64,000 bases of DNA from an uncultured Granulosicoccaceae bacterium. Lineage in GTDB: Bacteria > Pseudomonadota > Gammaproteobacteria > Granulosicoccales > Granulosicoccaceae. Each line of letters opens with the position of its first letter. The first letter of the stretch is position 1. Location: assembly GCA_938003855.1 (NCBI GenBank), contig CALKXD010000213.1:33722-97721 (forward strand), given 5' to 3'. This document shows positions 37,326 to 45,014 of the stretch, in pieces. Under the pieces are notes generated by a model. It was not told the origin of the DNA. It did no database searches and was given only the letters and a program-made list of their open reading frames with translations. A program made the position numbers and the translations under genes.

Positions 37326-38643
37326 GACAGCAATCAGCAGCACCATAGCGAAGGTTAAGATCCTTCTGGTCGCCGGCGCGCTGCTCAGCGCCTGCGACGG
37401 CGGCATCTCAGGTACTGGAGACGGTGGACCGATTGTCGTCATACCTGACGCTGGAAGTTCACCAACGGACTCACTTCCAGAAAGTTTATATTACGAGCAC
37501 CTCACAACACTGCCACAGCAAAGTGTACTTGCCTTACCGGCGCCGCTGGTGTCACGCCCGTCCACAGCGCAGCCATTGAACTCAATCGCAGCAGCACACA
37601 GCCAGCTGCTCGGCACTGTGGCGCTAACCGGTATACAAGTGCAAACCGACTTCAGCCTGATTGAAGCGGCGATTTCGGAATCACTACAGTTGTGTGCCAA
37701 TGAACTGCAGTGCACCAGCGTGCCATCGGAAGTGCTAACGTCGTACTCTCCGGAGATCTCAGCCACGGAGCAACACCAGCTGCAGACCTTCACCGGCACT
37801 GATGCAGACAGCAGCGGGCGGTTTGTGTCCTTCACTGACCTGACGTTTGGGCCTTCACTGAGCGGCTACTATGACCAGAGCCTTACCTACAGTCGCGAAG
37901 ATGGCAGTCGGGTGCGAGCGCAATGGACAGCCGGTAGTAGTATTGTCTCGCTGCTTGTCGACAGCTCCACGATGACCCTGCACACCCTGCTTGAAAAAAA
38001 CAGCACCCGTAACCGCATGACTTTCAGGGTGGAGGATCGCAGCGGATCGTCGGTCAGAGTGCTGAATGCAGTAGCCGAATCGGCGGCTGATGTACCTTCA
38101 ACAGTTACCGTCATATCTGACTTGTACATCGACCGGGTGTACGACGTTCATGCCATTGGCAACGACTTCAACGCTGCTGTTTTCACACGCCACCCGACCG
38201 ACACCAACCAAGCCAGGCAACGTGAATTGATCACCGCGAATGGACAGATATATAACATTCAATCCTGTACAAATATCAGTGATTGCAATGACTGGATAAC
38301 GGTGTTTACCAATGCGGAATCAGCTGACCCCGAGCCGGATACAAAGTACACTGAGTTAGAAGCACAGGCGCGCGACGTCGCACCGTCACAGGGCATCACC
38401 GTGACAAACCTCAGCGCGGATGTTCTGTCTTTTGTTCTGGCAGCCGGCACGTCCGCCCCTTCTGCAGCAGACATCGTCTGTTCCGGGCAACAACAAATTC
38501 CCGAGGACTCTGACAGCGAACGTACAAGACTATTCTGCTGGCAGCCGCTGCCGTTGCAGCAGTCGGTACGGGTGTATCGAACCATCAGCAACAGCGGCAC
38601 ACTTGAGTATCAACTACTCGACGGCACCACTATTAATCCATAG
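37309..38643 (+). CDS. hypothetical lipoprotein (444 aa)
   Basis: The ATG at 37309 gives MLNRNKTAISSTIAKVKILLVAGALLSAC, a signal peptide with a lipobox, with Asp at +2. I recognise no family. Confidence 0.65.
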   Translation: MLNRNKTAISSTIAKVKILLVAGALLSACDGGISGTGDGGPIVVIPDAGSSPTDSLPESLYYEHLTTLPQQSVLALPAPLVSRPSTAQPLNSIAAAHSQLLGTVALTGIQVQTDFSLIEAAISESLQLCANELQCTSVPSEVLTSYSPEISATEQHQLQTFTGTDADSSGRFVSFTDLTFGPSLSGYYDQSLTYSREDGSRVRAQWTAGSSIVSLLVDSSTMTLHTLLEKNSTRNRMTFRVEDRSGSSVRVLNAVAESAADVPSTVTVISDLYIDRVYDVHAIGNDFNAAVFTRHPTDTNQARQRELITANGQIYNIQSCTNISDCNDWITVFTNAESADPEPDTKYTELEAQARDVAPSQGITVTNLSADVLSFVLAAGTSAPSAADIVCSGQQQIPEDSDSERTRLFCWQPLPLQQSVRVYRTISNSGTLEYQLLDGTTINP

Positions 38644-38753
38644 AGTTAGATAGCAGCAAAAAATAGTTTTAAGGTTATAGAGCGATGCTGAAGGCGGGTA
38701 GGCGAGCTTCAGTCAGTACTATCTGCGTCACAGTACCTGGAGGCTGTACCGCA

Positions 38754-38777
38754 CCTGCTGACGACAGTGTCAGCAGG
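38754..38777. repeat. GC-rich palindromic hairpin (cctgctgac / gtcagcagg), REP-like
   Basis: A 9-bp perfect stem with a 6-nt loop lies between the convergent stops at 38643 (+) and 38803 (-). The arms are closely related to the hairpin at 39581-39615. Confidence 0.45.
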
Positions 38778-38802
38778 TAACATCAGGTGTCAGGTCTGAC
38801 GC

Positions 38803-39534
38803 TCACATAACACAGTAACTGGCCGCCAGCATCGGGCCGTTATTTTTCTCTTGCAGAAAAACCGCACAGCCGCTGTTTTTATCTTCCAGCCCAGGCACAG
38901 CGACTGTGGTTCGATAGCTGCTGTTGTGTAGATCAGCAAGCGGCTTCAGGTCCCGGACCACATGATGGTTTCGCATCACCTTGCCCTGATTCTCACCGTT
39001 TTTAACATCGGTTACCTGCAGGCGGTCAAAGACAGCTAAATACAATCTCGCCGACGCCTCATGACTGCCATCAACGGTTATCGTGACATCGTTACCGGCC
39101 TGCTTCGCTGCAATGACCAATGGCGGTATCGCAACACTCAATGCTTTTTTTATCGCCGAGCGGCTTGTTCCCACCTGTGCCGTGGTGCCATTGACGATAA
39201 TCTGCGGGGTGTACACGCCTCGCTTACCCCTGAGCGGCCTGGCGTTATAGTTTCGCTGACGCTTGGTATAGGCGGCACTCGAGAACGGGTCCTTCCAGGT
39301 ACCTGCAGCGCCGTAATTGAGATCATCCCAATAGTCAACATGAAACTCCAGAGCAACAAGCTCAGGGTTGTCGGCGATTAACTGTGCCAGATGCTCATCT
39401 GCCGGCGGACAGGAGTAACACCCCTGTGAGGTAAAAAGTTCGACAATCGGCGCTGCCGCCAACGGTGTTGCAGACCCGAACAACAAGGCACTGAACAGTG
39501 AAAGAATTCCTGGTCGCACAGTATTTATCTCCAA
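38803..39534 (-). CDS. DUF1223 domain-containing protein (thioredoxin-fold, secreted)
   Basis: It has a signal peptide and then VELFTSQGCYSCPPAD, the hallmark CxxC block of DUF1223. The start is TTG 39534 or GTG 39519. Confidence 0.85.
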   Translation of the reverse strand: MEINTVRPGILSLFSALLFGSATPLAAAPIVELFTSQGCYSCPPADEHLAQLIADNPELVALEFHVDYWDDLNYGAAGTWKDPFSSAAYTKRQRNYNARPLRGKRGVYTPQIIVNGTTAQVGTSRSAIKKALSVAIPPLVIAAKQAGNDVTITVDGSHEASARLYLAVFDRLQVTDVKNGENQGKVMRNHHVVRDLKPLADLHNSSYRTTVAVPGLEDKNSGCAVFLQEKNNGPMLAASYCVM

Positions 39535-39580
39535 CTTTGTCGTATACGTGGCTAAATTAATGACTACGGCAATCAGAAAG

Positions 39581-39615
39581 CCTGCTGTCGGCGTATCAGT
39601 ACAGTCGACAGCAGG
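39581..39615. repeat. GC-rich palindromic hairpin (cctgctgtcg / cgacagcagg), REP-like
   Basis: A 10-bp perfect stem with a 15-nt loop lies 47 nt upstream of the DUF1223 start. It shares the cctgctg...cagcagg arms with the hairpin at 38754-38777. Confidence 0.45.
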
Positions 39616-40032
39616 TTATCTGTAGGTCTAGACAGTCTGGCTCGGATGAAGTTCGCCGGCAACACCTGCTCACGGACAGAGTCTCGCCCTTGTGAACCGG
39701 AGCACCGGACTGCCGCTCCTTGCTAAGCGGCTAATTTCCCTTAATCAGGGAGACCTCCGGGTCGCCGCAGAATCAGTTGGTGTGGTCGACGACCTTGCCA
39801 GCGGCCTGCGTATCGATTGTTGTACTTTCTATAAATATTGCGATCAAAAAAACGAGTGCTCGCAGCAACCAGGCACTGACCAGAGGCGTACAAATCGAGT
39901 TCCCTTGTGCCGCCTGTTACCGGCCGTGGCAATAGAACGGCCACCCGCCATTGTGGCGTACCGTGTTATTTTTCAGGTGCCGTGCAATACTATCGCCTGA
40001 CGGCTATCGCGGTGACTTACACCGGGTTACGG

Positions 40033-41424
40033 TCACCGACCGGTCATCTGCAAGTACTCATCTGCGTAGCGACTCCCCAGTGTTCTCAGCCCCTCGGCGG
40101 AGAAATGCGAGCCATAGGGGTCACTCTCACGCTTTGGCAAATCCGTCGCAGCGACGCAGCCGGTCAGCGGATCTGCATCTGCATTCAGCGCCATCAAACG
40201 CCGGTTTACTCCTTCGGCACGTCTTGTCTCCCCACAAATAAATGCGGTATCACTGCGCCCCCACGATTCGTTGCGCAAATTACCGATCAGCGCGTTTAAC
40301 TTAATGGCGTAATAATTTTTATATTCAAATGAGTCCTTAGAGGTGAATCCCGTCGCGCCTGCATCCGCTGTACCTTCATACAACCAGTCATTCTCACCCT
40401 GGTGCCAAAGCACCGCATCGACACTGGACTTATGTGGAATATCCTTGAGCGCTCGCGCTACTTTATTTCCCAGAACCGTATAGAACTCACTGCCATAGTC
40501 CCAATGCGCTATACCACGCCCGGACGCTGCAGCCACAATAAAAGCCGGCACTCGATCTCTGGTCTGTTCAGCCACACGTTTGCCGAAGTGAAAAGCAAAA
40601 CTGTTCAGTGGATCGCGGTCAGGGGTGGTTGTAGAAAAATTTCCCGGCGCGCCGTGGAGATCCCAGACCTGATGCAAATCAGCGATTTGCCAACCATCAT
40701 CGGTGTAGGCAAATACACGCTGATGAGGTTGATCAAGGAAAGCATCAAAGTCGGTTTCTGCCGCAGCCACATTTGACTGCCCGGTTACCACAATAACCTC
40801 GGTTATATCGTCGACGGTCAGATCATCGTCTTTTTTGTCTGTCACCACCAGGCAACTCTTACCATTTTCCCAGCCGTACCCATCACCATCGGGATCACTG
40901 TCTGAGGATTCACAATCTGCGATTAGATCAACATCACCCGGCGGCACAATGCATTTGGAGCCGTTTTCAGTACCATAGCCATCACCATCCGGGTCAGTCA
41001 GGTCCAGTGAGCATGCAGGCAGATCACCCTCGCCACCGCCCGAAGAACAAGTACGGTTATTTTCCCAACCATAACCGTCGCCGTCAGGATCGCTGCCTGC
41101 GAGCTTACAAAGCGGGTGCAATGCACTATCGGCCAATGTCACCAGACAGGTCTGACCGTTCTCCCAGCCATATCCGTCGCCATCGGGGTCACTGCCGGCA
41201 GACTGACACGCGGGATGGTCCTCGTGATTTTTATCCTGCACTGAACCGGCAATCAGACAGGTAGCATTGCTTTCCCAGCCCCAGCCGTCCCCATCACTGT
41301 CCGACGACGGATACTGGCAATACGTAATCTGTTGGGCTTGCGCGGCGTTAAGGCAAAACAGCACGGAAAAACAACAGGCAACAGCACGCGCAAAAACAAA
41401 ATGGGGGGAATTACTGTTGAACAT
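40033..41424 (-). CDS. secreted SASA/DUF303-type (SGNH-like, GQSN) carbohydrate O-acetylesterase-like protein with five N-terminal Cys-bracketed DPDGDGYGWE repeats (paralog 1)
   Basis: A signal peptide (AVACCFSVLFCLNAAQA) is followed by five C-x(3-6)-D-(S/P)-DGDG-(W/Y)-G-(W/T)-E-(N/S)-x(2,3)-C modules. The catalytic-domain blocks are VVTGQSNVAAAE, VLWHQGENDW and YGSHFSAEGLRTLG, and the C-terminus ends YLQMTGR. Confidence 0.8.
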   Translation of the reverse strand: MFNSNSPHFVFARAVACCFSVLFCLNAAQAQQITYCQYPSSDSDGDGWGWESNATCLIAGSVQDKNHEDHPACQSAGSDPDGDGYGWENGQTCLVTLADSALHPLCKLAGSDPDGDGYGWENNRTCSSGGGEGDLPACSLDLTDPDGDGYGTENGSKCIVPPGDVDLIADCESSDSDPDGDGYGWENGKSCLVVTDKKDDDLTVDDITEVIVVTGQSNVAAAETDFDAFLDQPHQRVFAYTDDGWQIADLHQVWDLHGAPGNFSTTTPDRDPLNSFAFHFGKRVAEQTRDRVPAFIVAAASGRGIAHWDYGSEFYTVLGNKVARALKDIPHKSSVDAVLWHQGENDWLYEGTADAGATGFTSKDSFEYKNYYAIKLNALIGNLRNESWGRSDTAFICGETRRAEGVNRRLMALNADADPLTGCVAATDLPKRESDPYGSHFSAEGLRTLGSRYADEYLQMTGR

Positions 41425-41510
41425 AGTGCCCTGTCTAAATCGATCAGAACACTAGCGTATAGTTCAAATTTTCATTTCACGGCTGGCCGAACAATCAATT
41501 TGCGCCGAAA

Positions 41511-42602
41511 TTAACGTCCTGTCATCTGAAAATACAATTCGGCATAGCCACGCCCGAGTTCACGTAAGCTCTCAGCGGTAAAGTGAACCCCGGCACTGTC
41601 GTAAGTTGCGAATCCTTCGGCCGCGACACAGCCGGTCCAGACATCGTCGTCACGGTTCAGGTTGGTCAGATGGGAGTTAACCGGCGACTGCGCCGTCTCA
41701 CCACAAATAAATGGCTTGCCGCCCGAAAACCAGCTTTCGCTACGGAAATTCGAGATCAATCGATACAGGCTGTCGCTATAGTAGTTATCTTCGTTAGCCT
41801 GGGCCTTGCTGTCCGGATCTGAAGTCCCGACATCAGTCCAGTCAGTTTCGCCCTGGTGCCACAAAATACCGTCAAACCCGTTTTTGTGTGGCAGAGCGTT
41901 GATCGCTGATAGCGCTTTCTGACGTATCTGGTTGAAAAAAGCACCATCAGCGGCCCAATGACTTATGCCTTCGCCTGGTGCAGTAATCAACACAATGCCG
42001 ATCACCCGATGCGAATCGAGTTGCGCCAGCTGCTTGCCAAAGTGGAAACCGAAATTATTGTGCGGATCAGTATCCGGCGAAGTACGCGGATGCCAGTCCA
42101 GATCCCATACCTGCTTCAAACTGGCTTTTTCCCAACCGGTATCGGTATAGGCATAGAAGCGATCAACCGGACTGTCGAGCAGTGTATCGAAGGCAGTTCG
42201 TGAGCCCAGCGCATTTGATTGCCCGGTTATCAGTACCAGATCCGTGATTGAGCCCGGCCCGCTTGCGACAGGCGGATTATCGGGTGCCGGTGCGGGCGGC
42301 TCGGGTTCCGGTGCGGGCGGCTCGGGTTCCGGTGCGGGCGGCTCGGGTGCCGGTGCGGGCGGCTCGGGTTCCGGAGCGGGCGGCTCGGGTGCCGGTGCGG
42401 GCGGCTCGGGTGCCGGAGCGAGCGGCTCTGGTGCCGATGTGGTTTCTTCCCCGGTCTCGTCGATACGATCCCCGGTCTGGATAACCTCTTTGACTTCATC
42501 GGGAACACTGGTCACAACAACTGACTGGCCATCGCAGGCAACAACAACCGCTGCGGCGATCACTACAAGGAGTCGCCTGCTCCGCCAAACTAGGGAATAC
42601 AT
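41511..42602 (-). CDS. SASA/DUF303-type esterase-like lipoprotein with (EPPAPxP)n linker (paralog 2)
   Basis: The ATG at 42602 gives MYSLVWRSRRLLVVIAAAVVVAC (lipobox, Asp +2). A Pro/Glu/Ala linker follows. The catalytic blocks are LITGQSNALGSR, ILWHQGETDW and AGVHFTAESLRELG, and the C-terminus ends YFQMTGR. The track ORF begins 17 codons upstream. Confidence 0.8.
   Translation of the reverse strand: MYSLVWRSRRLLVVIAAAVVVACDGQSVVVTSVPDEVKEVIQTGDRIDETGEETTSAPEPLAPAPEPPAPAPEPPAPEPEPPAPAPEPPAPEPEPPAPEPEPPAPAPDNPPVASGPGSITDLVLITGQSNALGSRTAFDTLLDSPVDRFYAYTDTGWEKASLKQVWDLDWHPRTSPDTDPHNNFGFHFGKQLAQLDSHRVIGIVLITAPGEGISHWAADGAFFNQIRQKALSAINALPHKNGFDGILWHQGETDWTDVGTSDPDSKAQANEDNYYSDSLYRLISNFRSESWFSGGKPFICGETAQSPVNSHLTNLNRDDDVWTGCVAAEGFATYDSAGVHFTAESLRELGRGYAELYFQMTGR
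42280..42435. repeat. 21-bp tandem repeat, 7 full copies plus a partial one (coding; encodes the EPPAP(A/E)P linker on the minus strand)
   Basis: The unit tcgggt(t/g)ccgg(t/a)gcgggcggc repeats head-to-tail from 42280 to 42426 with 0-2 substitutions per copy. A diverged partial copy follows. Confidence 0.9.
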
Positions 42603-42723
42603 ACACACTACTACCGAAAACGTAACCCGCCAATTATTGCAATGTTCGTTCAAAAATTTTGCGCGTTATTACCGATTTCCAGTGCTGCTTACAATTCACA
42701 AACAAGTTGATTTTACACCAGCC

Positions 42724-43908
42724 TTATCGCATTAGATCAAGGTATTTTCCCGCGTATCGCCCCCCGAGCTTGCGCAGTGCTGCAGCTGAGAAATGCACGC
42801 CGTCTCCAACAGAATCGAGGCCTGAGGAACTGACACATCCGGTACGATGGTCACCGTCATTATTCAGAGCCAGCAAGCGTCGATTAACCGGAGCCTGCAA
42901 GGTTTCACCGCAAATAAACAACCCGTCATCGTTAAACCAGCGCTCACGTCGAAAATCATTAACCAGTGTGCTCAGCTTGCTTGAGTAATACGCGGTGTCA
43001 TACCAGTCAGATTCTCCTTGATGCCAGAGAATTGCTTTGACCGTTGGACGCCCTGGCAAAGCGGCTATAGCAGTCTCTACCGTCGTGTTAATCCCGTTGA
43101 AAAAATCTCCACCGCGGTCCCAATGTGCAATGGCCTCTCCCGGTGCTGTCATCAATATGAATCCGATCACTCTATCGGGATCGCTGAGCGCAACCTGCTT
43201 GGCAAAATGAAACGCAAAGTTGTTTGCTGGCTGGCCGGTGATGTCGGTTCGCGGGAACCAGTTCAGGTCCCATATCTGCCGCAGATCGGCGATGCTCCAA
43301 CCGTTGCTTGTATAGGCATAAACCCGCTTTACCGGGCTATCTAGTTGCACGTCATAGGAGTCGGGATCGAGGAAGGCTGTTTCACCACCCAGTGCGTTTG
43401 ACTGACCGGTCACCAACACCAGGTCGGTGATACTTCGCCCGGCGTCACCCACCACCCTGCTCGAGCAAGTAGTGCTGTTTTCCCACCCGAAGCCATCACC
43501 GTCGGAATCGTAACGCGAGTGGCTGCACGCTGGAAACCTGATTGTTACTATTTCCTCCGTGGCCTGCCCGACCAGACAGCTTTGGCCTTTTTCCCAGCCA
43601 AAGCCGTCACCATCCGGATCACTGGCAGGGTTTAGACAAATCGCTTTACGTGTACTGCCAACCTTGCAACTGGCGCCATGCTCCCAACCGAAACCATCAC
43701 CATCCGGATCGCTGTCGCGACTTTGGCACCATGGTTTTTGCGACGCCACAACCGTGCAACTTGCCCCGTTTTCCCAGCCAAAACCATCACCGTCGGGGTC
43801 GCTATCGGGACTGACACAGTCAGGACGGGCAAAAACCGACACGGGTGCTGCAATTACCACCAACACCAGCCCGGCAATTAATTGTTTAAGTCGTTGATTA
43901 AATTTCAT
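42724..43908 (-). CDS. secreted SASA/DUF303-type esterase-like protein with four Cys-bracketed D(P/S)DGDGFGWE repeats (paralog 3)
   Basis: A signal peptide (LIAGLVLVVIAAPVSVFA) is followed by four repeats (CVSPDSDPDGDGFGWENGASC and similar). The catalytic blocks are LVTGQSNALGGE, ILWHQGESDW and DGVHFSAAALRKLG. Confidence 0.8.
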   Translation of the reverse strand: MKFNQRLKQLIAGLVLVVIAAPVSVFARPDCVSPDSDPDGDGFGWENGASCTVVASQKPWCQSRDSDPDGDGFGWEHGASCKVGSTRKAICLNPASDPDGDGFGWEKGQSCLVGQATEEIVTIRFPACSHSRYDSDGDGFGWENSTTCSSRVVGDAGRSITDLVLVTGQSNALGGETAFLDPDSYDVQLDSPVKRVYAYTSNGWSIADLRQIWDLNWFPRTDITGQPANNFAFHFAKQVALSDPDRVIGFILMTAPGEAIAHWDRGGDFFNGINTTVETAIAALPGRPTVKAILWHQGESDWYDTAYYSSKLSTLVNDFRRERWFNDDGLFICGETLQAPVNRRLLALNNDGDHRTGCVSSSGLDSVGDGVHFSAAALRKLGGRYAGKYLDLMR

Positions 43909-44015
43909 TGAGGGGAAAAGGCTCTAAGGATAACTACAAAAATTGCGCTGGTGTTGATTAGGATCAAGCCCTATCCGCATGGAACTATCACAACACCGTA
44001 CTACCGGATCAGTTG

Positions 44016-45014
44016 TTATTCTGTCATTTGCAAATATTTGGTGGCATAGCGAGTACCCAGTATCCGCAATCCCTCGGCCGAGAAATGAAGATTATCCAGT
44101 ATGGTCGACAAACCGTCAGATTCGACGCAACCACTCCAGGGCTCACCATTCGTGTTCAAGGCCATCAATACCCGATTGACCGGAGCTTCGACGGTTTCAC
44201 CGCAAATAAAGGGCTTGTTAAAACCGAACCAGCTTTGCGATCTAAAGTTATTGATTACCCCGGATAAGGCGACCTGGTAGTACTCGTCATCAGCCCAATC
44301 CGTCTCGCCCTGGTGCCAGAGAATTCCATCGATAGACGACTTACTAGGCAACTCATTCAACGCCGCTACCACCCGATCGCTTATTTTCTGGAAAAACTCA
44401 CCGCCGGAATCCCAATGAGCAATGGACGCACCCGGAGCGGTGACCAGGATAAAACCCACCACCCGTTGCGGCCGGCGCTGCGCAACCTTTCTGGCAAAAT
44501 GGAAGGCAAAATTGTTGGACGGGTCGGTGTCCGGATCATTGCGTGGATGCCAGCCCAGATCCCAGACCTGATGAAGATCGGCTACGCGCCAACCATCGCT
44601 GGTGAAGGCAAATGCACTGTCGACTGGTGTATCCAACGCGGCGTCGTAGGAGGTATCCGCACCCAGCGCATTGGACTGCCCGGTGACCAGAACCACGTCA
44701 GTAATATCTGCGGGGGTATATGCGCCGAATATTGCTGGTGTACCGATCGGTGTATCCAGGGGTGTCCCGGCCGGCGCGGACTGCGGTGTCACTACCGGCT
44801 CGACCGACGACGATCCGCTATTGCTGCCACCGGTGTCGGTTGGGACAAGCGCTGTAGAGTCTTCACTCTGGCACGCAGCTAGAATCAGCATGAGTGCTGC
44901 GACTATCGCCATCGAAGCGACTCGTCCGGTAACACGCACGGCAAATACAGACAGACCACGGGATTTATACAAGGCTGGAGTACTGCGTGCTTGCGACAAA
45001 TTCAGTTTGGGCAT
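44016..45014 (-). CDS. SASA/DUF303-type esterase-like lipoprotein with Ser/Thr/Pro linker (paralog 4)
   Basis: It has a lipobox (MLILAAC) and a short S/T/P/G-rich linker. The catalytic blocks are LVTGQSNALGAD, ILWHQGETDW and DNLHFSAEGLRILG, and the C-terminus ends YLQMTE. The exact start is uncertain (ATG 45014 or an internal GTG/ATG). Confidence 0.8.
   Translation of the reverse strand: MPKLNLSQARSTPALYKSRGLSVFAVRVTGRVASMAIVAALMLILAACQSEDSTALVPTDTGGSNSGSSSVEPVVTPQSAPAGTPLDTPIGTPAIFGAYTPADITDVVLVTGQSNALGADTSYDAALDTPVDSAFAFTSDGWRVADLHQVWDLGWHPRNDPDTDPSNNFAFHFARKVAQRRPQRVVGFILVTAPGASIAHWDSGGEFFQKISDRVVAALNELPSKSSIDGILWHQGETDWADDEYYQVALSGVINNFRSQSWFGFNKPFICGETVEAPVNRVLMALNTNGEPWSGCVESDGLSTILDNLHFSAEGLRILGTRYATKYLQMTE

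Noticed and set aside
42244-42735. A 163-aa plus-strand ORF encodes (GAGGSGS)n, which resembles a Gly-rich repeat protein.
   Set aside because: It is the antisense reading of the 21-bp repeat that encodes the EPPAPxP linker of esterase paralog 2. The minus-strand gene has a lipoprotein signal and a complete catalytic domain.
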